Position numbers and translations under genes: made by a program
Shown here: one piece after another, positions 9,591-20,448 of the stretch
How the letters are laid out: every line of letters begins with the position of its first letter
Numbering within the stretch: the stretch's first letter is position 1
Notes under the pieces: model-generated
What the model saw: the letters and a program-made list of their open reading frames with translations, nothing else
What the model was told of the DNA's origin: nothing
Database searches by the model: none
From: Chthoniobacteraceae bacterium
GTDB taxonomy: Bacteria; Verrucomicrobiota; Verrucomicrobiia; Chthoniobacterales; Chthoniobacteraceae
DNA: 64,000 nucleotides
Direction: 5' to 3'
NCBI GenBank assembly: GCA_037190965.1
Contig: JBBCKI010000045.1
Location: forward strand, 24,960 to 88,959

Positions 9591-10700
9591 CTACGCCTGC
9601 ACAAGCGAGGGCTCGAACGGGACGTACGGCAAGCCGTGGGCATCCGCGACGGGCTTGTTCACCAACTGACGGTTCCAGACGTTCACGCCAGTGGCTAGAT
9701 CCGGACGACGGGCGAAAGCCCCTTCCATGCCGTGGTCAGCCAAAACCTCAAGATAGGGGAAAGTCGCGTTGGTAAGCGCCTGGGTGGCGGTCCGGGCATA
9801 GGCTCCCGGCATGTTGGCCACACAGTAATGAATCACTCCTTCTTCCTCGTACACAGGGTTGGCGTGAGTAGTGGGGCGGGAGGTCTCCGCGCATCCGCCC
9901 TGATCGATGGCGATATCGACCAGTACGCTCCCCTTTTTCATCAGCTTGAGCATGTCGCGAGTGATCAGCTTGGGAGCTTTTGCGCCCGGCACGAGCACCG
10001 CCCCGATGAGAAGATCGGTCTGAGGAAGAAGCTCCAGCAGATTCGTCTCGCTGGAGTAGAGCGTGGAAGCGTTCATCGTAATATCGAGAAAACGCATCCT
10101 CTCCAGGTCGATTTCGAGAATCGTGACGTCGGCTCCCAGTCCCGCCGCCATCCGGGCCGCATTGACCCCCGCCGTGCCGCCCCCGAGAACGACCACCTTG
10201 CCGGGAAGCACCCCGGGCACTCCACCCAGCAGCACCCCTTTGCCGCCGCAATGCTTTGCCAGGTAGTAACCGCCTGCGATGACGGACATCCGCCCCGCGA
10301 TCTCGCTCATCGGCTCCAGAAGAGGCAAACGCCGGTTCGAGATGACCGACTCGTAAGCGATGGCGTTCACCCCCGAACAAAGCAGCGCCTCGGTCAAAGG
10401 CCGGCTTGCCGCCAGATGCAGGTAGGTGAACAGAATCTGCCCGTCCCGAAGAAGCGGGTATTCGGAAGGGAGCGGTTCCTTGACTTTGACAATCAACTCC
10501 GCACGGGCAAAGACCTCCTCGTGGGTGCCCACAATTTCGGCCCCTGCGGCGCGGTAATCCTCATCGGAAACGCCGATGCCGAGCCCCGCTCCCGTCTCCA
10601 CGAGAACCGTATGCCTTTTACCGAGCTGATACGCGCCCGCCGGTAAAAGCGCGACGCGGTTCTCCTGCTCTTTAATCTCTTTGGGTACGCCAATAATCAT
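9591..10700 (-). CDS. ald: Alanine dehydrogenase
   Basis: IGVPKEIKEQENRV, KVKEP, FTYLHLA, PMSEIAGR, DQGGC and VANMPGA motifs. Confidence 0.96.
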   Translation of the reverse strand: MIIGVPKEIKEQENRVALLPAGAYQLGKRHTVLVETGAGLGIGVSDEDYRAAGAEIVGTHEEVFARAELIVKVKEPLPSEYPLLRDGQILFTYLHLAASRPLTEALLCSGVNAIAYESVISNRRLPLLEPMSEIAGRMSVIAGGYYLAKHCGGKGVLLGGVPGVLPGKVVVLGGGTAGVNAARMAAGLGADVTILEIDLERMRFLDITMNASTLYSSETNLLELLPQTDLLIGAVLVPGAKAPKLITRDMLKLMKKGSVLVDIAIDQGGCAETSRPTTHANPVYEEEGVIHYCVANMPGAYARTATQALTNATFPYLEVLADHGMEGAFARRPDLATGVNVWNRQLVNKPVADAHGLPYVPFEPSLVQA

Positions 10701-10765
10701 GGGTAGGCATTTCGTTGATTTCGCCTCCTGATCTCAAGACATAAATGAGTGAACTTGTGGTCAGA

Positions 10766-11839
10766 TTAAATCCGGATCGCCTTCTCTTGGGCCAAAAGGC
10801 AAAGCTCTGCCGCCTTGAAGGCGTGCGCCTGCGTCATGGCTTTCTCCGTTCGGTTGAGGCAGTCGAGGATCAACTGGCCGAAGTATGGATAACCGATTCG
10901 ATCCTTGCATTCGAAGCGCTTCTCAGTGTCGTGATTGACCAGATAAAGCTGATTCGAATCCTCCCCGGGACGCCCCACTTCCACGTACTTCCGAAGCTCG
11001 ATATACCCCTTGGTCCCCAGAATGAACGTGCGCCCGTCGCCCCAGGTCCGCGAAGCATTGGGCGTCAACCAGTCCACGCGGATGTAGTTGATCGTGCCGT
11101 TGTTGCCGATCAGGTGCGCGTCGCCAAAGTCCTCCAGCTCCGGGTACTCGGGGTTGTTCTTGTTGCCGACCGTCGCCGAGACGACGGTGGCGTCGGTGGC
11201 TCCGCTAAAGTGCAGGTATTGGTCGAACTGGTGGCTGCCGATGTCGCACAGGATGCCGCCGTACTTCTCCTTTTCGAAAAACCAGGCGGGACGCGAAGGG
11301 GCGCTGAGCCGGTGCGGGCCAAACCCGACCACCTGAATGACCTGCCCGATGGCCCCCTGCTCAATGAGTTGCCCGGCGAACACGGCCGATTCCACGTGCA
11401 GCCGCTCGGAATAATAGACCATGTACTTTTGGCCCGTTTCTGCCGCGATCTGCCGGGCGTCGGCCAGTTGGCCCAGCGTTGTGAACGGCGTCTTGTCGGT
11501 GAAATAGTCTTTCCCGGCACGCATGACCTGGCAACCGATCGGCCCACGCAGCGAAGGCACCGCAGCGGCGGCCACAAGACGGATCTCGGGGTTATCGAGG
11601 ATCCGCTCGAAACAATCCACGGGCTGGGCCTGCGGGAACCTTTGGCAAAAGGCTTCCACCTTTTTCGGGTCCGGGTCGTAGACATAGCGGAGGTCGCCGC
11701 CCGCCTCGATCAACCCGTTGCACTGGCCGTAGATGTGTCCGTGATCCAGAAAAGCGGCCGCAAAAGGAAACTCCCCCGCCTTGACCACGGGTGCGGGCTT
11801 GCCTTGCGGCGCATAGTTCATTCCATCACTTGCATTCAT
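10766..11839 (-). CDS. Gfo/Idh/MocA family oxidoreductase
   Basis: DHGHIYG N-terminus, DKTP in place of EKP, GGILCDIGSHQFD. Confidence 0.88.
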   Translation of the reverse strand: MNASDGMNYAPQGKPAPVVKAGEFPFAAAFLDHGHIYGQCNGLIEAGGDLRYVYDPDPKKVEAFCQRFPQAQPVDCFERILDNPEIRLVAAAAVPSLRGPIGCQVMRAGKDYFTDKTPFTTLGQLADARQIAAETGQKYMVYYSERLHVESAVFAGQLIEQGAIGQVIQVVGFGPHRLSAPSRPAWFFEKEKYGGILCDIGSHQFDQYLHFSGATDATVVSATVGNKNNPEYPELEDFGDAHLIGNNGTINYIRVDWLTPNASRTWGDGRTFILGTKGYIELRKYVEVGRPGEDSNQLYLVNHDTEKRFECKDRIGYPYFGQLILDCLNRTEKAMTQAHAFKAAELCLLAQEKAIRI

Positions 11840-11847
11840 GGCAGAGT

Positions 11848-12612
11848 TTAGTCAACGAGGTTGGCGCGGATATAATCGAAGCTCTTTTTGACCGAGACAA
11901 AGGGATCTCCCGGGCAGATGTCCTGCTCCACGATGAACCAGCGGCAGCCGGACCCTTCGGCGGTGGCAATGATCGACTTGAAGTCAAGATTCCCCGAGCC
12001 GATCTCGGCATAATACGCCTTGCCCGCGACATCGACGGCGAAGTCTTTCAAATGCAGCAACGGCATACGACCTTTAAGCTTGGCGCACCAGGCTTCCGGG
12101 TTCCCGCCTCCGGCCTGAATCCAGTAGGTATCGGGTTCCCCCTGCAAATTCCTGGCGGTGTCGAAAAGAATCTCCAGAACCGGCTTCCCTTCGAGGCGGT
12201 AAAGTTCGAACGCATGGTTGTGATAACAAAGCGTCTGTCCCGCTGCGCTCAAAACAGCCGCAGAAGCTTCAAGTTGCGTCGCCAGACGATTGACAGCCGC
12301 GGCATCATCCAACGCGACGCCGTTGGGATACGGATAAGCGGTATAACTGCACCCAAGCGCGGCAAGCCGCTCCACGATACGCTGCGGCTCATTCAGAATG
12401 ACGTTGGAAGGTTCATGCGTGGCGCAGATGACCAATCCCTCCCCCTCCGCGATCGAGCGAAGCTCGGCCTCGGGAATGGGCCCGACGGCGCTGATCTGGA
12501 TGGCCTGATAGCCAATCTCGCGCACTTTCTTCAAAGTGGCGGCATAGTCTGCGGAAGTCTTGCAGAAATCGCGCAGGGTATAGAGTTGAACGGCAACTTG
12601 ATCGATTTTCAT
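11848..12612 (-). CDS. Sugar phosphate isomerase/epimerase (xylose isomerase-like TIM barrel)
   Basis: VQLYTLRD, YHNHAFE, DTYW, LHLKD and VEQD motifs. Confidence 0.9.
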   Translation of the reverse strand: MKIDQVAVQLYTLRDFCKTSADYAATLKKVREIGYQAIQISAVGPIPEAELRSIAEGEGLVICATHEPSNVILNEPQRIVERLAALGCSYTAYPYPNGVALDDAAAVNRLATQLEASAAVLSAAGQTLCYHNHAFELYRLEGKPVLEILFDTARNLQGEPDTYWIQAGGGNPEAWCAKLKGRMPLLHLKDFAVDVAGKAYYAEIGSGNLDFKSIIATAEGSGCRWFIVEQDICPGDPFVSVKKSFDYIRANLVD

Positions 12613-12633
12613 AAAAAGAATTTCTTCCGGGAT

Positions 12634-13755
12634 TTACGCGTTGGCGGTGCCTTTCTTTGCGCGCGATTCGCAGATTTTCTTTTCCAACATCCGCTCGTAG
12701 GCCGCGCCATCCAGCGGCATTTCGATGGCTTGGTCGAGGAACTGCGACATCAACATGGCATTGGCCAATTCCACGGATTGGAGACCATCCGCCCCGGGCG
12801 CGATGACGGGTACGCCGTCAAGAATCGCCTCCGCAAAATTTCTGATAATGTTGACGTGCTGGTTATGGTCGTCATTCGCGACGGGAATTTCGACGTTCCA
12901 AACCCCGGGACCACCGAACCGGTTTTCGGTCGTCCGGCAATACTCACCAACGGGCACTTCGGTTCGCGCCCACTGGATGGTGTTGTTTTCGAGGATGATC
13001 CGGCCCCGATCCGCCGAGATTTCGAGACGGTTGGTGCCCGGGGCCTCTCCTGTGGAGGTAATGAACACCCCGGTGGCGCCATTGGCATACTCCAGATAAG
13101 CGGTCACTTCGTCTTCCACCTCGATGTTGTGATACCGACCCAAACGGCAGTGCGCCCGCAGCCGCGTCGGCATGCCGAAAAGCCACTGGAGAAGATCGAG
13201 GTTATGAGGACATTGATTGAGCAGGACACCCCCGCCCTCGCCTTCCCACGTCGCCCGCCAACCGCCTGACTTGTAGTAGGCATCGCTACGGAACCAGGTG
13301 GTGATGATCCAGTTGATCCGCTGGATCTCCCCCAACTCGCCCGATTGGATCAGCGAACGAAGCTTCTGATAAGGAGGCAAACTCCTCATATTGAACATGG
13401 CGGCAAAAACCTGCTTCGGGTTCTTGTGCGCGGCGATGAGACGCTCCGCGTCGGCCTTATGGACGGAGATCGGCTTCTCCACCAGCACGTGCAGCCCCTG
13501 CTCCAGGGCGGCGATACCGAGGCTGGTGTGGCTGAAATGAGGGGTGACGATCAGAACGGCATCGATCTTTCCCGACCGGATCATTTCCTCACTGGACGTA
13601 AACCCTTCGACCTCCGGCCCGAAGCCGCTGAGGTCGGAAACCGGATCGGCAACCGCCACCAGTTTCATGCGAGGGACTGCCCCCGCCAGGATTTTGCGAG
13701 CGTGGCCGTTTCCCATGGAGCCGAGACCGGCGATGCCAAGACGTATCGTGTTCAT
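12634..13755 (-). CDS. Gfo/Idh/MocA family oxidoreductase
   Basis: GIAGLGSMG, HVLVEKP, WRATWEGEGGGVLLNQCPHNLD. Confidence 0.92.
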   Translation of the reverse strand: MNTIRLGIAGLGSMGNGHARKILAGAVPRMKLVAVADPVSDLSGFGPEVEGFTSSEEMIRSGKIDAVLIVTPHFSHTSLGIAALEQGLHVLVEKPISVHKADAERLIAAHKNPKQVFAAMFNMRSLPPYQKLRSLIQSGELGEIQRINWIITTWFRSDAYYKSGGWRATWEGEGGGVLLNQCPHNLDLLQWLFGMPTRLRAHCRLGRYHNIEVEDEVTAYLEYANGATGVFITSTGEAPGTNRLEISADRGRIILENNTIQWARTEVPVGEYCRTTENRFGGPGVWNVEIPVANDDHNQHVNIIRNFAEAILDGVPVIAPGADGLQSVELANAMLMSQFLDQAIEMPLDGAAYERMLEKKICESRAKKGTANA

Positions 13756-13868
13756 TTAAATCAGATTATAAACCGCATTTTGGAGAAGAGACGGTGTGAC
13801 AGTCACCTTATCGCAATCTTCGATACAAAGATCTTGGATGCAAAAAAGGCAGCTTGCCATCAACGACC

Positions 13869-13880
13869 CTACACGTGTAA
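13869..13880. promoter_or_regulatory. Candidate LacI-family operator (CTACACGTGTAA)
   Basis: CG-centred palindrome TACACGTGTA in the divergent intergenic region, 14 nt before the LacI start. Confidence 0.45.
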
Positions 13881-13893
13881 GAAAACCCCTGCG

Positions 13894-14967
13894 ATGCGGT
13901 CAACCTCAAATCCGAAAAACATTCCACCCCCCGGCCCGGTTCGCTCAACCACGGAGCTGGCGCAGCAATTGGGGCTGTCGCGATGGACCGTTTCGCGCGT
14001 CATCAACGGACATGACGGAGTCCATCCGGAGACGGTGGAACGAGTCCGCGCCGCGATGAGGGAATCCGGTTTTTCCCCAAACCCCCTCGCTCAAGGATTG
14101 AGACGAGGCCGCACGAACATCATCGGCGTCTGCGTGCCGGATTTGGAAGACTTCTACCTTGGCCCGAAACTCGAAGCACTGCGACGCACCGTCGCTGCGG
14201 AAGGCTTTCACGTCATGGTCGGCATGACCGATGGAGACACCGCCACCGAAGTCGAAACGCTGGATCACTTCCGTCTCCTGCGCGCGGCGGGAGTCGTCAC
14301 GCTCGCCTCCCAGCTTTCCCCAAAAAGCGAGGCGGTCCATCGGCTCAAGGAAACGAGAATCCCCCTTCTGCTGGTCGATCCCGTGGTCGCGCCCACCCCG
14401 GGAGGGCTCGGCATCAACCGCGCATCGGGAATGAGAGAAGCCACCCGCCATCTGCTCGACCTCGGGCATCGTCGGATCGCCACCCTGGGCATAGACTCTG
14501 AGAGCTTCTACACCCACTCGCGCTTTGAGGCCATCCGGGAGGTTTTGCAGCCAAGAGGGCTGGAGGCGAAGCGGATCCCCCTCCCCGCGAGAGCGTCCTG
14601 CTATGAGGCGGCCTGCAATGGCGCAGAAGTGCTGTTCCCGGGGGGCAGGCGAAGCGCGGAGAGCCCCACGGCCATCCTCGCCGTGAACGACCGCGTGGCG
14701 ATGGGGCTTATCGAAGGCCTCCGCGTTCTTGGCCTGCGCGTGCCGGAGGATGTCTCCATCATCGGTTACGACAATATGGAGGCGGCCGCCTTCATCGCCC
14801 CGAAGCTGACCACCATTGACCCATGCCCCGACGAATTGATCAAACGCACGGCCACCCGGCTCCTGCAATTGATCCGCGACTACGACACCCCGCCGGAACG
14901 CACTGTTCGCACCCCCACCCGGCTGATTATCCGGGAATCCACTTGTAAAAATCTTGATGGGATTTGA
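13894..14967 (+). CDS. LacI family transcriptional regulator
   Basis: ELAQQLGLSRWTVSRVIN HTH, FSPNPLAQGL hinge, VPEDVSIIGYD; start placed at ATG 13894. Confidence 0.93.
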   Translation: MRSTSNPKNIPPPGPVRSTTELAQQLGLSRWTVSRVINGHDGVHPETVERVRAAMRESGFSPNPLAQGLRRGRTNIIGVCVPDLEDFYLGPKLEALRRTVAAEGFHVMVGMTDGDTATEVETLDHFRLLRAAGVVTLASQLSPKSEAVHRLKETRIPLLLVDPVVAPTPGGLGINRASGMREATRHLLDLGHRRIATLGIDSESFYTHSRFEAIREVLQPRGLEAKRIPLPARASCYEAACNGAEVLFPGGRRSAESPTAILAVNDRVAMGLIEGLRVLGLRVPEDVSIIGYDNMEAAAFIAPKLTTIDPCPDELIKRTATRLLQLIRDYDTPPERTVRTPTRLIIRESTCKNLDGI

Positions 14968-15004
14968 TCGACTTCATAAAGTCTGACCTTCATCTGATCT
15001 CCCC

Positions 15005-16126
<1,122 letters not shown>

Positions 16127-16136
16127 CAACTTCCCC

Positions 16137-16778
16137 ATGCAACTGACACCTCATAGCAGACTGCTCTTCATCGGAGACTCGATCACCGACACCGGACGGG
16201 CGCACCCCTTCGGCGAATCCGGCGAAGCTCTCGGCAAAGGATACGTAAGCCTTGTCGCGGCGCATCTGGGAGCCGTTTTTCCGGAAGCCTGCCTTCGGAT
16301 CACGAACGTCGGTATCAGCGGAAATACGGTGCGCCACCTCAAGGAACGGTGGCAAAGGGATGTCTTCGATCTCAAGCCGGACTATGTCTCGGTCATGATC
16401 GGCATCAACGATGTCTGGCGGCAGTTTGACAGACCGGCCATCAAAGAAGGCCCCGTGTTTCTGGATGAATACGAACAGACCCTCGACGAACTGGTGAGGA
16501 CGACAATGCCTACGGTCAAGGGGATGATCGTGATGACGCCCTTTTTCATCGAGCCCAATTGCGCCGAGCCGATGCGAGCCAAAATGGATCAGTACAGCGC
16601 GGCCGCAAAGCGGATCGCCCAGGCGCATGGAACCCTCTTTGCCGATACGCAGGCCGCCTTTGATACCGTTCTCGCCCACTGTCATCCGGCAGCACTGGCA
16701 GCAGACCGCGTCCACCCGAACCTGACAGGCCACAACATCATCGCCCGCGCGTTTTTGAAAGCGATCGTGGCGTTGTAG
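16137..16778 (+). CDS. SGNH/GDSL hydrolase (probable carbohydrate esterase)
   Basis: IGDSITD, GISGN, IGINDVW and DRVHP blocks. Confidence 0.92.
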   Translation: MQLTPHSRLLFIGDSITDTGRAHPFGESGEALGKGYVSLVAAHLGAVFPEACLRITNVGISGNTVRHLKERWQRDVFDLKPDYVSVMIGINDVWRQFDRPAIKEGPVFLDEYEQTLDELVRTTMPTVKGMIVMTPFFIEPNCAEPMRAKMDQYSAAAKRIAQAHGTLFADTQAAFDTVLAHCHPAALAADRVHPNLTGHNIIARAFLKAIVAL

Positions 16779-16817
16779 GAGGCAAGTGCGCCTTCGGGCG
16801 GTGGCCGCAGATCCACC

Positions 16818-18020
16818 CTACCGCCCGACAGTCCGGAGAAACTCCGGCATGTCATCCGCATCACCCATGAAGGTGACGACGTAGCAGATCTCCCCTTCGC
16901 TACGAACGGCAACCGCCCAGTCTTCCTGCTGATAAATTAACCAATTGGGGGAATTGAGACGTGAATCTATTTCACTTGAGCGAAAGACAAAAAGGAGGGC
17001 GTTGCGGGGATCGAGCGCGATTTGCGCGACGGGACGGCCTTCAAATTTGTAAGCACGGCACCCCACCGCCTTGACGTGCTCGAACTCCGGCGGAACCGAG
17101 AAATTCTCGAAACCCTTGAGAAGGAACCAATCTCCGAGCCGCCCCGCCTCAGTCGTTTCGATCCCTTCCAACTTCGAATCGCCCTGACCATCGGCGTCCT
17201 CCACGAGCGCGTTGATGAGTTCCTTGCCGGGGAATTCGTCCATCTTCTGCATCGCCGCGAAGATGCCCACCCCCATCATAACGGCAAACGCCACCCCGAT
17301 CGCCATCACGGCAGGTTGCCGCAGGATGGCCCGGAGCCCGGTTGGAACCGCTGCTTCCAACCCGCGAAAATCGAGCGTTTGCAGTTCTTCAGGAAGCACA
17401 ATGGATTCCACCGCCTCATGCCACTGCCGGTCGAACGCAACCTGCGCCGCGAGTTGGGGAGCGGTTTTCGCATCCACTCCGGCGACCGCCTGGCCAACCT
17501 CCGCGGAATCTCCACCCCAGGGACGATGCAACGGCACCAAGGAGTCGCCCGGGAAATATTGCTCGGGAGCCAGCGCATGCCGCGCCTGAGCCAGAGGCAG
17601 CGCCAAAGCGCCCGCGTCGGGCAGATCCAGAAGCCGGGCCAGGCCATCAAGGCTGCCCCCCGCCGCCTGAAAAAAAACAAAGGCCCCACGGGCGGGCTCG
17701 GAAAGCGAAGCCACGCGAGCCCACGGTTCCACGGCTTCGGCGTTTTCCATGGCACTTGAGGCACTCGAAGCGGAACTCCCCAGGGCTGCCTGCCGGACCC
17801 GCCGAAGCAGCCACGCCCGTCGCTCCTCCGGGGTGCGCATGGCCGAAGATGCCCCGGCGGCTGAAGTGAAAGCATTCCCGACGATCGAGGAGGCAAGAGC
17901 GGGACGCCCTGTCAAAAGCAACGCAACGTGGTAAGCTTCTGAGGCGGCCGTTTCCGAACGCGAGTCTCCCTGTGCCTGAGGAGGTTGGGAATCTGGAGGG
18001 GGTGTTTCCAAAGCACCCAA
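16818..18020 (-). CDS. Single-pass membrane protein with a degenerate ECF sigma-like N-terminus fused to an anti-sigma-like C-terminus
   Basis: sigma2-like YHVALLLTG..AWLLRRVR, sigma4-like LSEPARGAF..LARLL..LAQARHAL, one TM helix, C-terminal GCRAYKFEGRPVAQI domain; the TTG start is uncertain. Confidence 0.6.
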   Translation of the reverse strand: MGALETPPPDSQPPQAQGDSRSETAASEAYHVALLLTGRPALASSIVGNAFTSAAGASSAMRTPEERRAWLLRRVRQAALGSSASSASSAMENAEAVEPWARVASLSEPARGAFVFFQAAGGSLDGLARLLDLPDAGALALPLAQARHALAPEQYFPGDSLVPLHRPWGGDSAEVGQAVAGVDAKTAPQLAAQVAFDRQWHEAVESIVLPEELQTLDFRGLEAAVPTGLRAILRQPAVMAIGVAFAVMMGVGIFAAMQKMDEFPGKELINALVEDADGQGDSKLEGIETTEAGRLGDWFLLKGFENFSVPPEFEHVKAVGCRAYKFEGRPVAQIALDPRNALLFVFRSSEIDSRLNSPNWLIYQQEDWAVAVRSEGEICYVVTFMGDADDMPEFLRTVGR

Positions 18021-18182
18021 ACGTAGTGCCCAAAGCCCCCAATGCGCAACAGATTGTTGCCCTCAAAAAGGGCCGCCAACAAATCGGCTTCAGAGCGCCG
18101 GGGAAAAGAGGAGGATGTTTCGCCCATCTCGGCCCTCGACACTTCCGGATTTCCATGAAATTCTCTCGCCTCGCTTAAAATT

Positions 18183-20366
18183 GTGGGAGTTAAAAAGCAC
18201 ATCTTATTTGTCTGCACCGGCAATATCTGCCGCAGCCCGATGGCTGAAGGGCTCTTCCGGGAGATGACTCGCTCGCGGGGAGATATCGAAGTCTCTTCGG
18301 CGGGAGTCGGTGCAGTTCGCGGCCAGCCACCCAGCGTGCATTCCGTCACGGTGCTGCGCCAGATGGGGATCGATATTTCCGGCGTCCGAAGCCGTCCCCT
18401 CACAGGAAGCATCGTGGAGGAAGCCACCGCCATTTTCGCGATGACACGGGGTCACCTCGACATGATCCTGACGTTCTTCCCCGAGGCGGCGGAAAAAACC
18501 TTCCTCATGCGGGAATTTCAACCCGGCGTTCGATCGATGGACATCGCCGACCCGATTGGGGGCAGCCTCGAGACTTACACCCAATGCCGGGACCAGATCA
18601 AAGCCGCCCTCCCGAGCATCCTGAACTCCATCAACCAAGCAGACGCGTCCATGACCACCTCTCCTTCCACCAGCACCCGCCCCCTCCGCATCGCGCTCGG
18701 CGCGGATCACGGCGGCTTCGAATTGAAGAAGTCGATCCACGACCACCTCTCCTCCAAGGGGCACCTCATTTCCGATTTCGGAGCCTTCACCGCCCAGTCG
18801 GTCGATTACCCCGATTACGCCGAACTGGTGTGCCGCGAGGTGATCGCGGGCAAGGCGGACTTCGGCATTCTTTTTTGCAAGAGCGGCATCGGCATGAGCA
18901 TCGCCGCCAACCGTTTCCCGCAGATCCGCGCCTCGCTGGTCCGCAGCGCCGCCGAAGCCGTCACTACCCGGCAGCACAACAACTCGAACGTCCTCTGCCT
19001 CGCGGCGAACGATCTTCCGGCGGAAACGGCCAAACAGATCGTGGAAGCCTATCTGAGCGCCCCCTTCGAGGGCGGCCGCCACGAGCTTCGCGTGGAAAAA
19101 CTGGAGCAGGTCGGCGCGGAATTCCACGCCGGCGGCGCGCTGGCCGAGGCCGATCCGGAGATCGCCAAAGCCATCGCGGAGGAAGGCGAACGCCAGTTTG
19201 AGAACATCGAGCTGATCGCCTCTGAAAACTTCACCAGCCGCGCCGTCATGGAAGCGCAGGGTTCCTGCCTGACCAACAAGTATGCGGAAGGCTACCCTGG
19301 CCGCCGCTGGTATGGCGGGTGTGAGCATGTCGACGTCGTCGAACAGCTCGCCATCGATCGCGCCAAGGCGCTCTTCGGCGGCGATCACATCAACGTCCAG
19401 CCGCACTCCGGCAGCCAGGCCAACATGGCCGTCTACTTCTCCGTCCTCCAGCCCGGCGACAAGATCCTGACGATGGATCTCTCCCACGGCGGCCACCTCA
19501 CCCACGGCAACCGGGCCAACTTCTCGGGTCGGTTCTTCGAAGTGAGTCACTACGGGGTCAGCCAGGAAACCGAGACACTTGACTACGACGCCCTTGCCCG
19601 GCACGCCGCCGAGTTCAAGCCGAAGATGATCACGGCAGGCGCATCCGCCTACCCGCGCGTAATCGACTTCGCTCGGATGCGCGAAATCGCCGACTCCGTG
19701 GGCGCTTACCTCTTTGTCGACATGGCGCACATCGCCGGTCTCGTCGCGGGCGGCGTTCACCCTAGCCCCGTCGAACTGGCCGACTTCACCACCACGACGA
19801 CCCACAAGAGCCTGCGCGGCCCACGCGGCGGCATCATCATCTGCAAAGCGCAATACGCCAAAGGGATCGACTCCCAGGTGTTCCCCGGCATCCAGGGCGG
19901 CCCGCTCATGCATGTCATCGCGGGCAAGGCGGTCTGCTTCCATGAGGCCCTCCAGCCCGGCTTCAAGGATTACGCCCGGCAAATTGTGAGCAACGCGAAG
20001 GCGCTTGCCGCCCAGCTCACCCGCCACGGCTACCGGCTCGTTTCCGGAGGCACGGACAACCACCTCATGCTCGTCGACTTGCGCCCGAAAGGCCTCAACG
20101 GCAAGCTGGCTTCCGAGACGCTGGACAAAGCGGGCATCACCATCAACAAGAACGGCATCCCTTTCGATACGGAGAAGATCACCCTCGGCGGCGGCATCCG
20201 GATCGGAACCCCGGCGGCAACCACGCGCGGGATGAAGGAAGAGCAGATGATGGAAATCGGCGACCTGATTCACGAAGCGTTGACCCACCATACCGACACC
20301 GCCACGCTCGACGCCGTGCGCGCCAAGGTCCACGAACTGACGAAGCGCTATCCGCTCCCAAGGTAA
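18183..20366 (+). CDS. glyA: Triple fusion: low-molecular-weight protein phosphatase + ribose-5-phosphate isomerase B + serine hydroxymethyltransferase
   Basis: [13 protein letters not shown] (LMW-PTP), [29 protein letters not shown] (RpiB) and [20 protein letters not shown] (SHMT) in one uninterrupted 727-aa frame. Confidence 0.92.
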   Translation: MGVKKHILFVCTGNICRSPMAEGLFREMTRSRGDIEVSSAGVGAVRGQPPSVHSVTVLRQMGIDISGVRSRPLTGSIVEEATAIFAMTRGHLDMILTFFPEAAEKTFLMREFQPGVRSMDIADPIGGSLETYTQCRDQIKAALPSILNSINQADASMTTSPSTSTRPLRIALGADHGGFELKKSIHDHLSSKGHLISDFGAFTAQSVDYPDYAELVCREVIAGKADFGILFCKSGIGMSIAANRFPQIRASLVRSAAEAVTTRQHNNSNVLCLAANDLPAETAKQIVEAYLSAPFEGGRHELRVEKLEQVGAEFHAGGALAEADPEIAKAIAEEGERQFENIELIASENFTSRAVMEAQGSCLTNKYAEGYPGRRWYGGCEHVDVVEQLAIDRAKALFGGDHINVQPHSGSQANMAVYFSVLQPGDKILTMDLSHGGHLTHGNRANFSGRFFEVSHYGVSQETETLDYDALARHAAEFKPKMITAGASAYPRVIDFARMREIADSVGAYLFVDMAHIAGLVAGGVHPSPVELADFTTTTTHKSLRGPRGGIIICKAQYAKGIDSQVFPGIQGGPLMHVIAGKAVCFHEALQPGFKDYARQIVSNAKALAAQLTRHGYRLVSGGTDNHLMLVDLRPKGLNGKLASETLDKAGITINKNGIPFDTEKITLGGGIRIGTPAATTRGMKEEQMMEIGDLIHEALTHHTDTATLDAVRAKVHELTKRYPLPR

Positions 20367-20405
20367 CCCCGTCCCTTCAGACAGGGTATTTCGATCTTGC
20401 CTTAC

Positions 20406-20446
20406 AGCCGGTGTTACGATTTCATGAATCGTAACACCGGCTTTTC
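20406..20446 (+). promoter_or_regulatory. NikR operator (GTGTTAC-N13-GTAACAC) inside a 16-bp perfect inverted repeat with a T tail
   Basis: AGCCGGTGTTACGATT-tcatg-AATCGTAACACCGGCT-TTT directly before the nikR ATG. Confidence 0.75.
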
Positions 20447-20448
20447 TT

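Noticed and set aside
13345..13893. N-terminal extension of the LacI ORF
   Set aside because: Overlaps the divergent oxidoreductase gene; the HTH begins after ATG 13894.
17670..17677. A8 homopolymer as a phase-variation tract
   Set aside because: Short, in frame and explained by Val-Phe-Phe codons.
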